IMG/VR virus record: IMGVR_UViG_3300002092_001237
Coordinates: 32,001-96,000 of that record
Direction: 5' to 3' (one strand)
Source: a virus
Length of the DNA stretch: 64,000 nt
Both the position numbers and the translations under genes were made by a program. The stretch's first letter is position 1, and the number at the start of each line of letters is the position of its first letter. Shown one piece after another: positions 47,685 through 55,576 of the stretch. The notes beneath the pieces are model-generated. The model saw only the letters and a list, made by a program, of their open reading frames with translations. It was not told the origin of the DNA and ran no database searches.

Positions 47685-47758
47685 TGGCACCCTGTCTAGG
47701 AGTCAAACCTAGGCCCTCAGTTTTGGAGACTGATGTGCTATCGTAACACTTACAGGAT
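47685..47758 (-). tRNA. tRNA-Trp(CCA)
   Basis: TCAGT-CTCCAAA-ACTGA; D-loop GA with T-loop TTTGACT. Confidence 0.88.
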
Positions 47759-47760
47759 AT

Positions 47761-47838
47761 TGGTCTGCGTGGCTGGATTCGAACCAGCGGTCCCCTGACT
47801 CCAAATCAGGTATGTTAACCAGACTACACCACACACAG
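47761..47838 (-). tRNA. tRNA-Pro(UGG)
   Basis: CCTGA-TTTGGAG-TCAGG; C1-G72, A73. Confidence 0.9.
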
Positions 47839-47845
47839 TTAAATT

Positions 47846-47922
47846 TGGTCCGCCCTACGGGTGTCGATCCCGTTACTCTACCTTGAAAGGGTAGTGATAT
47901 AGCCAGCGTTATCTAAGGGCGG
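47846..47922 (-). tRNA. tRNA-Glu(UUC)
   Basis: CTACC-CTTTCAA-GGTAG; T-loop ATCGACA. Confidence 0.88.
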
Positions 47923-47925
47923 CTA

Positions 47926-48030
47926 ATTGTCTCTGCAAGGATACACTTGGTAAAACCGATTCCACATATTACCGTTCACTAGTCATCGGTCGACATAACT
48001 AGAAGGAAAGTGTATCCATGGAGAAACAAT
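47926..48030 (-). ncRNA. Candidate three-way-junction ncRNA with kissing loops (~105 nt)
   Basis: GGATACACTT/AAGTGTATCC core stem; two hairpins carrying ACCGA and TCGGT. Confidence 0.55.
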
Positions 48031-48126
48031 GTCTCCTGCTCCGCTGAAACCACTTGTACAGCCATTTGGCCCACGTACTAGTCGGAGGTTGTGCTTATGC
48101 TTAGGGCACAACTGCCTGCGTATAAG

Positions 48127-48291
48127 TTAAACAGCGTGTACGTCTGTACTCTGTTTGTTTAACTTAGATTCTTTCTTTGCCTTTTTCTTTGCCTTTTTTT
48201 GTTCTACAATATCGTATATTTTTTGTTCTGTTTCGCGATCACCATTCTGGATAGCGTGAAATAATTTGGTTGCTAGTTCTGTCCATTTCAT
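48127..48291 (-). CDS. Small basic protein (54 aa), first gene after the attenuator
   Basis: Manual translation MKWTELATKLFHAIQNGDRETEQKIYDIVEQKKAKKKAKKESKLNKQSTDVHAV; GGGAG RBS. Confidence 0.6.
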   Translation of the reverse strand: MKWTELATKLFHAIQNGDRETEQKIYDIVEQKKAKKKAKKESKLNKQSTDVHAV

Positions 48292-48317
48292 TTCGTTTCT
48301 CCCTATATTCAGACAAC

Positions 48318-48349
48318 AAAAAACCCCGGTGACAATATGTTCCGGGGTT
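48318..48349 (-). terminator. Attenuator terminator
   Basis: CCCCGG-N12-CCGGGG followed by T6; its 5' arm can instead pair with GGGGTTC in the leader ORF. Confidence 0.8.
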
Positions 48350-48373
48350 CCATGTGTATATGTGAATTACATA

Positions 48374-48454
48374 TTACAGCACAAGAACCCCCCTAGTCGG
48401 TTCCGACCAGCGATTAGATTTACTAAATGAACAAATAGTCATAGTGTTTCTCAT
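48374..48454 (-). CDS. Leader peptide of a predicted transcription attenuator (MRNTMTICSFSKSNRWSEPTRGVLVL)
   Basis: 26-codon ORF between the promoter and the terminator; carries the antiterminator strand at its 3' end. Confidence 0.65.
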   Translation of the reverse strand: MRNTMTICSFSKSNRWSEPTRGVLVL

Positions 48455-48461
48455 TGTCTTT

Positions 48462-48492
48462 TATTTATACAATCTAATTAAGGGCTTGTCAA
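48462..48492 (-). promoter_or_regulatory. Promoter of the tRNA array (TTGACA-N17-TATAAATA)
   Basis: Perfect -35 hexamer 17 nt upstream of a TATAAATA box that is also a T4-type late consensus. Confidence 0.7.
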
Positions 48493-48498
48493 GTCTGA

Positions 48499-49140
48499 TT
48501 ATGAATTTTCTACAGGTGCAGTTAAAACTCGATCTAATTTCTTGCTTAGGTAATTTAGCAATACGCCATACACTGGCAGGATAACTAAAAGACTAACTAT
48601 TAACTTAGTTCCAGTTTGGTTCATAGCGATAATGTGCCAATTCTCTGCCATATACGCATTTGCTGATTCATAGAACGCCACACCGAAGAAAGTGAAAGTG
48701 TCCAACACATTAGCAAATACTGCTGCAAGTGCCGGAGCAGCAAACCACATTGCAAAACGTTCACGTACCTTTTGGAATACGAAAACATCTAGCAAGCTAG
48801 AAACCAAATATGCACATCCACTCGCTACACCTATACGTAGTGCTACGCTTTCCGGTGCGCCGCCTGCTAGCACAACCAAGATACTGGCGATAACAGCAGG
48901 AATAAATGCTATATTAATAACTGCCCGAGCATTCTCTTTATTGATAAGCCGGATAGTCAAATCAGTAGCAACAACTACTAGTGGAAATGTAAATGCTGCC
49001 CAAGTTAGTTTAATACCCCAGATATCAAATTTGATAGTCACGAGGTAGTTAGATAGTGCAATAATGAAAGTATGGAACAATACTAATTTTGCGATTAGCA
49101 TTTTATCCATTCCGTCTAAACTAAAATATTTCTTTATCAT
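48499..49140 (-). CDS. yhhQ: preQ0/preQ1 transporter (YhhQ/VUT family)
   Basis: IIALSNYLV...TW.AFTFP...ATDLT.R...RI..AS..AY...LDV.VF...DT..FF..AFY. Confidence 0.88.
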   Translation of the reverse strand: MIKKYFSLDGMDKMLIAKLVLFHTFIIALSNYLVTIKFDIWGIKLTWAAFTFPLVVVATDLTIRLINKENARAVINIAFIPAVIASILVVLAGGAPESVALRIGVASGCAYLVSSLLDVFVFQKVRERFAMWFAAPALAAVFANVLDTFTFFGVAFYESANAYMAENWHIIAMNQTGTKLIVSLLVILPVYGVLLNYLSKKLDRVLTAPVENS

Positions 49141-49174
49141 TGTAATCCTTCTGTTAATAAATTGGCGGTGAGTG

Positions 49175-49265
49175 TGGCGGTGGGACAGGGATTCGAACCC
49201 TGGGTACTCTTGTGAAGTACAACGGTTTAGCAAACCGGCCCTTTCGGCCTCTCAGGCACCCCACC
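49175..49265 (-). tRNA. tRNA-Ser(GCU)
   Basis: CGGT-TTGCTAA-ACCG; long variable arm; G73. Confidence 0.92.
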
Positions 49266-49287
49266 ATAAACACTCTTCCTATAATAA

Positions 49288-49361
49288 TGGAGCGGAGTAG
49301 GAGAATCGAACTCCTCGCTTTAGCTTGGAAGGCTAAGGTATTACCACTATACGAACTCCGC
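49288..49361 (-). tRNA. tRNA-Gly(UCC)
   Basis: TTAGC-CTTCCAA-GCTAA; U73. Confidence 0.93.
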
Positions 49362-49380
49362 GTTCTTATTATTACTTATA

Positions 49381-49680
49381 TTAACATTCTTTCTCAGAGT
49401 TGTCAATCTCTTTTAACAGATCTTTTAAGTTTTGTTCCTGAAAAGTTTCCCAAAGTGGATCTGGGTCATATTTACAGTGATAGTATACGTCATCATCGTC
49501 CTCACCCCATACATGTACGATCGGACCATCTGGGTCCTCAGTCACAAACACAGTATGGAAAAAAAGACTGCTTGGATTCTTTTCTAGATCTTCGTGTAGA
49601 CGTACGAGATCCTGTAGAACTATATGTTCCAGTTCTAATACATTATCGGGTATTTCTTCATGCCATTTCAATTTTATCAT
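49381..49680 (-). CDS. Acidic hypothetical protein
   Basis: Probable start MIKLKW at 49680. Confidence 0.45.
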   Translation of the reverse strand: MIKLKWHEEIPDNVLELEHIVLQDLVRLHEDLEKNPSSLFFHTVFVTEDPDGPIVHVWGEDDDDVYYHCKYDPDPLWETFQEQNLKDLLKEIDNSEKEC

Positions 49681-49743
49681 GTTTTTAATCCCATAGATTT
49701 TTTTACGTAAAATATAAATATATAGTAGCAAAGAAAGATAGAG

Positions 49744-50436
49744 TTGTCAATGCCTTATACATATTTAGTGGGTTGGTCTACGCATAATAAATTTTATTAC
49801 GGTGCTCGTTGGGCTAAAGATTGTTCGCCCGATACTTTATGGACATCATATTTTACTTCTTCTAAACATGTTAAAGCATTTCGTAAGTTGTATGGTGAAC
49901 CAGATATTATACAAATTCGTAAAATTTTTAATGATATTAATGAATGTCGTATTCACGAACGTAAAGTTCTTGAGAGATTAAACGTGTTAAAAGATGATAA
50001 ATGGTTAAACAAAAACATAAATGGTTTATTTCTCCCAACAGGTCCGCAAACAGAAGAACATATCGCTAAAAGAGTTTGTCAAAGTATTGAAACAATGCGA
50101 CGAAATGAGACGTTACATAAACCAACATATAACTCTAAAACACATCCCGAAGTAGGAAAAAAAATTTCTAAATCATTAACAGGGAAACCTAAATCACTCA
50201 ACCATATTGCTAATATGAGATTTCGTCCGCAAGATGTAAATTATATTACTTGCCCTTATTGTTCTAAAACAGGTGATTATAAAAATATGAAAAGATGGCA
50301 TATGGATAATTGTAAAAACAACCCCAATGTGTCAGATAATATTATCTGTAAAAATGTTGTCTGTAATAGATGCGGATATGTTGCTAAACAATCACCCAAT
50401 TTTTTTCGTTATCATAATAAAAATTGTAAAATCTAA
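49744..50436 (+). CDS. Free-standing GIY-YIG (Seg-like) homing endonuclease
   Basis: YTYL...KFYYG.R...YFTSSK...E..VL...WLN, NUMOD-like KISKSLTGKPKS and CPYC zinc ribbons; antisense and AT-rich. Confidence 0.75.
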   Translation: MSMPYTYLVGWSTHNKFYYGARWAKDCSPDTLWTSYFTSSKHVKAFRKLYGEPDIIQIRKIFNDINECRIHERKVLERLNVLKDDKWLNKNINGLFLPTGPQTEEHIAKRVCQSIETMRRNETLHKPTYNSKTHPEVGKKISKSLTGKPKSLNHIANMRFRPQDVNYITCPYCSKTGDYKNMKRWHMDNCKNNPNVSDNIICKNVVCNRCGYVAKQSPNFFRYHNKNCKI

Positions 50437-50960
50437 TCCCAGAGATTAAGATAGAACTTACCAAAAAGATCCAGACCTTCCTGTATTTTTTCGTAATACG
50501 CAGTATAGCCTTTTTGATCAAATGTAGCAGTATGCCCTGCCCCGGGTACCATTTGTTGTCCGCCCTTGACCGGTTTAAAAGTAAAGTTGCTAACACCGTG
50601 ATGGAATTGATCATCTCGATCTTCTAAACAGATCTGTTCAAAACTCCAAATCATCTTGTCCATCGCGTCTTCCCATTGATTATGCCCAAGTTCCCATGCC
50701 TTGTTGTCGTCATCCTTATAAAACTCAAAAGTCATTTGAGGCCAATGATTATTTGTCTCATCTTTGAACGCTGGCATATTACTAGGACTACCATGCTTCG
50801 CTGCTCTTAACTGTTTAAGCATTGGTAGTATGATGTCGCCGAGAGTTTCGGCCATATTCCAAGTGTCTTGCCTGTCGATCCTGATAGACTTTTTTTGTTT
50901 AGCATCAGGATCACGACGTAGAGTGCGATCACTTGGAAAACGGCCGATGTATATTTTCAC
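50433..50960 (-). CDS. Conserved hypothetical phage protein
   Basis: DTWNM..TL..II.PMLKQL...HG.P...EGL.LFGK.Y..LWD pattern. Confidence 0.6.
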   Translation of the reverse strand: MKIYIGRFPSDRTLRRDPDAKQKKSIRIDRQDTWNMAETLGDIILPMLKQLRAAKHGSPSNMPAFKDETNNHWPQMTFEFYKDDDNKAWELGHNQWEDAMDKMIWSFEQICLEDRDDQFHHGVSNFTFKPVKGGQQMVPGAGHTATFDQKGYTAYYEKIQEGLDLFGKFYLNLWD

Positions 50961-51562
50961 TCTACAGCATCCTCACGCTTATCGATAACACGATCCGCTA
51001 GACCGTATGCTACGGCTTCTTGTGCGCTCATAAAGAAATCACGTTCTAAATCAGCAGCGATGGTTTCGTAAGTCTTACCTGCTGAATTATGCTTAACATA
51101 AATCTCAGTGAGGTATTCTTTCATCTTCTGTATTTCACGTGCTTGGATCTGGATATCTGTCGCTTGCCCACTAGCACCGCCGCTAGGTTGATGGATCATA
51201 TGACGAGCATATGGGAGGATCATACGTTTACCTTTAGCACCAGCAGTAGCAAGTAGACTACCCATGCTACAGGCTTGCCCCATAACGATAGTATTAACGT
51301 CTGGTTTAATAAACTGCATAGTGTCGTAGATGGCCATACCGGCTGTGACAACACCTCCCGGGCTGTTAATGTACAAATAGATGTCTTTAGATGGATTCTG
51401 GCTTTCAAGGAATAACAACTGTGCTACAATTAAGCTAGAACTGTTCTCATTGACTTGTGTGTCAAGCATAATGATTCGATCTTTAAGCAAGCGACTGTAG
51501 ATATCATAACTACGTTCGCCACCGCTTTCTTTTTCGATTACTATTGGTACTAAATTAGGCAT
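50957..51562 (-). CDS. clpP: ATP-dependent Clp protease proteolytic subunit
   Basis: [25 protein letters not shown] (catalytic Ser), MIHQP and ERD motifs. Confidence 0.95.
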   Translation of the reverse strand: MPNLVPIVIEKESGGERSYDIYSRLLKDRIIMLDTQVNENSSSLIVAQLLFLESQNPSKDIYLYINSPGGVVTAGMAIYDTMQFIKPDVNTIVMGQACSMGSLLATAGAKGKRMILPYARHMIHQPSGGASGQATDIQIQAREIQKMKEYLTEIYVKHNSAGKTYETIAADLERDFFMSAQEAVAYGLADRVIDKREDAVE

Positions 51563-51807
51563 TATCGTCTATTAACTCCTGGTACGATTGTTGTCTGTGG
51601 TCCTTTACTAACAAATTCAAGACCTGACTGGTTAGCCATATAAAGACTATTTTTAGAATTGTATCGCATCTCTAGTCGAATCGTACGATTCAAACTAACT
51701 ATTAGTTTTTGTTCTGGTATATAAGAGATGACGTCTGCATGATTACTTTTGCCATTATCTGAGCAGGTCACTGTTACTGAACTGTCATGCTGTATTCTTG
51801 GTCTCAT
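51562..51807 (-). CDS. Hypothetical protein
   Basis: Coupled ORF. Confidence 0.5.
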   Translation of the reverse strand: MRPRIQHDSSVTVTCSDNGKSNHADVISYIPEQKLIVSLNRTIRLEMRYNSKNSLYMANQSGLEFVSKGPQTTIVPGVNRR

Positions 51808-52510
51808 TTTCGACTCCTTCTATCTGTACATAATTGAGTTTAGTCATAGGATACTTTTCTTTCTCTAAAAGATGATCCTTGATCTTCCCTATAAGATTTA
51901 TCTTATCTCCAACTTTAATATGTTGTATGTTTTTGTTTGTGAAGAACATAAACAGATTGTCTTCACAGAATCCCATAACAACATATCCTTGGAAGTTAAC
52001 ACTGAAATGATTGCGGGTCACTTCAAAATCTTTCAATACTACACGCCCGCCGATTGACCCAACGTGTTGGCTCTTTTCTTCGTTGAGACGACGCTGTAAA
52101 TCCTCTCTACGTATGTTACCGTAGTAATACATTGGAGCACTAGCGATGTATCCAATATCCGGAACACTAACTGTAGGTTGGTTTAATTTCTGATACATCA
52201 CTACTTCGTAATCCATACTGTTGGGCTCTGCTGCTAGGACCTTGAACAATAGTTTTTTACTGTAGTTAATAATATCATCAGCGATCGTACGATGCTCTTT
52301 GGTTACTTCGACTAATGGTGGACTGATAGTGCCTTCGCTATAGTAGTCAGTGCGGAGATAGCGACTAAGGATTTCTCTATTTTCCCAACGCTTAATGTTC
52401 CCAACTTCGGGGTACCATTCTTTGTTTTTTAGATACTCATTACCATTGAGTTGCCAAGCCGCGACTGCTGCTGCGATAGCCTCTCTGCTTTCAATTGGTT
52501 CTGCCGACAT
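51785..52510 (-). CDS. Hypothetical protein with a possible C-terminal OB fold
   Basis: VG.IG.RV...KVGDKI.L.GKIK.H...TKLNYV pattern. Confidence 0.5.
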   Translation of the reverse strand: MSAEPIESREAIAAAVAAWQLNGNEYLKNKEWYPEVGNIKRWENREILSRYLRTDYYSEGTISPPLVEVTKEHRTIADDIINYSKKLLFKVLAAEPNSMDYEVVMYQKLNQPTVSVPDIGYIASAPMYYYGNIRREDLQRRLNEEKSQHVGSIGGRVVLKDFEVTRNHFSVNFQGYVVMGFCEDNLFMFFTNKNIQHIKVGDKINLIGKIKDHLLEKEKYPMTKLNYVQIEGVENETKNTA

Positions 52511-52520
52511 AATAGCCCTC

Positions 52521-53357
52521 TCATCTGTCTACTATAACAGTATACGATGTTCTAGGGTCTTTGTCAAGTGCTTCTTGTCGTTCTTGGAATTGTCGTTCTT
52601 TATCGGCTATTTCAGCATTTCGATTCTGTACACGAGTTTTTTTCTCGTCTGTCTTTTTCTTCATCATAATGTATTGGTAAGTTTTTTTCATTAATGCTTT
52701 TAGAACCGGATGTGTTGTATTGAAATCAAATTCTTTAAAATATCCATAAAGTGTTGGAGTAAGCAATCGACCGGCTTGGTCGCGAGTCATAGCAGTGTTC
52801 GCGAAATTTCCGATAAGCCGTAACTGTTGTTCTATATTACCACGGGTCTTACGATCGAGCTCACTAGCTAGGTTATGAGCATACGCTTCGATCTCATCTG
52901 TATTACCTAGATATTCTTGCTGCTTCTTTTGCTCGGAGTTTTTTGATTTACTAACATATGCACGTGTAGGTTGGAAACCTCTAGCACGATACTGATATTG
53001 ATGTATTAATTCATGCTGTAGGTATTCAATAACTTGATTAGCGAATTCTCTCCATTCGTTACGATCCATCGTTACACGCTTGTCTGCAGGATTAAAGACT
53101 ACGACCATTTCGATCGGCTTTTCGCCTTCTTCGTCCTCGTCGGGATCGTAATAGGCATTGATGTTTAGTGTGTTTGGATCAACAGCATCAGAATTGCTGC
53201 TAGTAACGATCGTGTTTCTACCAGCTAATTTACGTAGATGGTTTAGTATTACCGTACGCGATACTGCTCGGTCTGCGAATTCATCGAATCCTTTGGCTAT
53301 TTTACTGGCCGCGGTTTTCTTATGGTAAGGTATTGCGATTTCATACATGCTGCTCAT
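52521..53357 (-). CDS. HExxH (zincin-like) protein
   Basis: QHELIHQYQ...YL...DEIEAYA. Confidence 0.55.
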   Translation of the reverse strand: MSSMYEIAIPYHKKTAASKIAKGFDEFADRAVSRTVILNHLRKLAGRNTIVTSSNSDAVDPNTLNINAYYDPDEDEEGEKPIEMVVVFNPADKRVTMDRNEWREFANQVIEYLQHELIHQYQYRARGFQPTRAYVSKSKNSEQKKQQEYLGNTDEIEAYAHNLASELDRKTRGNIEQQLRLIGNFANTAMTRDQAGRLLTPTLYGYFKEFDFNTTHPVLKALMKKTYQYIMMKKKTDEKKTRVQNRNAEIADKERQFQERQEALDKDPRTSYTVIVDR

Positions 53358-53365
53358 GGTATTAT

Positions 53366-53581
53366 TTAGTGCCTAAATGTTACACGCCCTTTAGAAAGAT
53401 CATATGCGCTAACTTCTACAGTAACACGATCACCGGTCAAAATCCTAATCTTATTTTGCTTCATCTTGCCACTAGTGTAAGCTAACAACTGATGATCGTT
53501 GTCCAGTGTAATTTTAAACATATTTCCCGGTAATACTTCAGTAACCACACCACGGAATTCAACTATTGAATCTTTTGTCAA
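53366..53581 (-). CDS. infA: Translation initiation factor IF-1
   Basis: G.V.E.LP..MF...LDN...SGKM....IRIL.GD.V.VE.S.YDLSKGR. Confidence 0.95.
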   Translation of the reverse strand: MTKDSIVEFRGVVTEVLPGNMFKITLDNDHQLLAYTSGKMKQNKIRILTGDRVTVEVSAYDLSKGRVTFRH

Positions 53582-54147
53582 ACCGTCTTTTGTCCCGGAA
53601 CTGCTTTATCCTGCCCACGGCTAAATGCTGCTACACCTAAAATAGCACCAAACGCGATATGGATAAGTCCACCGTTGGCTAGCGTCAAACTCTGCCATGC
53701 TGTATAAGGCATAGTTAATCCAAATGGTTTAAAGATAATTGGTAAGAAGATAGTCAATATAGGAAATCCAACGAAATCCATGAAACAGATTATCATATAC
53801 AACCAGCCCATCGCTGGTCTCCAAAAACTCTTTGCCCAATGCTCGTTGCCTTTTTCTTCTTTTGCTTCTTGTTCTTTGTCTCTACGGCGTTGTTCGCGTT
53901 GCTTGTCGCGTTCTTCCTGTTCAACCCTACGAGTCTCCATGTCCATCTTGTGAACTTCTTTGCGTTCTTCTAGATGGAAACGCATTTCTTCTAATGCTAA
54001 TTTACGTAGTTCTACAGTATCGTTATTGCTTGCGATAGATGGTACTGAGGTCTTGATTACCGGAGGAACATAGTCATCGCGTTCATCTTCAGGAACACGC
54101 ATAGGACCAGTTGGTTCATCATCGTCATCAAGGTTTGGGTTTGCCAT
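53578..54147 (-). CDS. Putative holin (3TM/GTA-type), start MANPNL
   Basis: WRPAMGW TM motif; last gene of the lysis cassette. Confidence 0.6.
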   Translation of the reverse strand: MANPNLDDDDEPTGPMRVPEDERDDYVPPVIKTSVPSIASNNDTVELRKLALEEMRFHLEERKEVHKMDMETRRVEQEERDKQREQRRRDKEQEAKEEKGNEHWAKSFWRPAMGWLYMIICFMDFVGFPILTIFLPIIFKPFGLTMPYTAWQSLTLANGGLIHIAFGAILGVAAFSRGQDKAVPGQKTV

Positions 54148-54541
54148 CTTTGGGATCCTTCGGAGTTTCGGTGGTGGACTTGATATAATAGTCTTTGTAG
54201 GCAGCAACTTGGGCTTGATATTGACGGATGATTTTAACCAAGTTAGCCTGGTTTGTAGCCAGGGCTTCATAACCATCGGGAGTAACTGCGAGAAGACTAT
54301 CGCTATTACTCTCTCTAAACGCTTTTTCCGGACTTCCTGCCTGATCCGGACTCGTACCCTTTTTAACGACATACCATTCAGTATCCTGTATCTTTATGTT
54401 ATCAACCGCCGGTACCATTATAGCCGGTTTGTCTACTTGCACTATAGCAGTTACGGGAGGTTCTTTAGCTGTTTGACAACCTGCTAACATCAATGCTAAT
54501 AATGCTACTGTACCATATTTAACAACTACCATCGTTCTCAC
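54128..54541 (-). CDS. Putative o-spanin (lipoprotein)
   Basis: Lipobox LAGC; overlaps the i-spanin end. Confidence 0.65.
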   Translation of the reverse strand: MRTMVVVKYGTVALLALMLAGCQTAKEPPVTAIVQVDKPAIMVPAVDNIKIQDTEWYVVKKGTSPDQAGSPEKAFRESNSDSLLAVTPDGYEALATNQANLVKIIRQYQAQVAAYKDYYIKSTTETPKDPKDGKPKP

Positions 54542-54917
54542 CTTTATTAACAGTATCCTCTATACAGCGCCAGCTTTTCTTGCTAGCAGCATTAATCTTG
54601 TCTTCTGCCTTGTCAGGTTGGCTTTCTACGAACTTGCCAAAATTACGACCCTGTTTGCTAAACTTGTCATGTAGTTTATCTACTTGTAATCTAGCTTCCT
54701 GCATCTGCTTATTAGTTTCTTCTAATATTTTAGCCTGTGCTTCGAGGTCTGCTTTCTGTTTCGCTATAGTAGCTTCACTCGCTTTGAGAGCGAAATCTTT
54801 GGTCGCAATCTCACGATTCATTTCATCCATCTTGTCTTGGGTATATTTGAAATACCCAACACCTGCAGCACCTAATGCTATTATGATAAAGATCGTCGTA
54901 AAATTGAGACCAAACAT
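54519..54917 (-). CDS. Putative i-spanin
   Basis: N-terminal TM plus coiled coil, directly after the endolysin. Confidence 0.65.
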   Translation of the reverse strand: MFGLNFTTIFIIIALGAAGVGYFKYTQDKMDEMNREIATKDFALKASEATIAKQKADLEAQAKILEETNKQMQEARLQVDKLHDKFSKQGRNFGKFVESQPDKAEDKINAASKKSWRCIEDTVNKGENDGSC

Positions 54918-54918
54918 A

Positions 54919-55536
54919 TTATTCTCCTAGTACTGATAGAGCGTGATTGTAGTGTTTCTCACGATCTTCGAGTCCGATATATCCACCGTTGATCTTCTTA
55001 GTAATAGCCTTGATATCTTTTTCATCGGCTAATACGTTAAGATCACGTGACCACCAGAACCAAGCAGCACTGCGAGCAGCACCTTCTGGTGTTTCTAGAT
55101 ATTCTGGATTTTCATGTAGATCAACCTCTAATTCTTCACCACAGACTGAATAGTTGTCTTTACCAGTTAGCTGGATAAGTCCACGACCGCAATATCTCCA
55201 ACCGTCGCCACTGGCTTCGTCGCCATTGCCCATACGATTTGAATAAACACGATTAGCGATCTTTTCTGGCTGACGAGCATAATCTTCAGCAGTATCCATA
55301 TCTGGAAAATACTTGTGGAAGATCTTAGTTAGGCCTTCTGCCTTGTAATTTAGATTCTCATGAACTGCGCGGAAATTTCCACTTTCGTGTGCTGCTTGTG
55401 CTAGGAATGCTGCGATACGTCCGGGAGTATCGATTTCAAATTCTTCCATAGCAGAAACTAGAGCGTCATAATATTTTTCAACATTATCGTGACTGATTTC
55501 TGGAAATGCTTCGTGCATCTGTTCTTTAGTAATCAT
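54919..55536 (-). CDS. GH19 endolysin
   Basis: AAFLAQ.AHESG...ENLNY...GRGLIQLTG..NY...INGG..GL.DR. Confidence 0.9.
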   Translation of the reverse strand: MITKEQMHEAFPEISHDNVEKYYDALVSAMEEFEIDTPGRIAAFLAQAAHESGNFRAVHENLNYKAEGLTKIFHKYFPDMDTAEDYARQPEKIANRVYSNRMGNGDEASGDGWRYCGRGLIQLTGKDNYSVCGEELEVDLHENPEYLETPEGAARSAAWFWWSRDLNVLADEKDIKAITKKINGGYIGLEDREKHYNHALSVLGE

Positions 55537-55576
55537 AGTTCTCTCCTGTAAAATAAACTATGTGCTTATTTATCAG

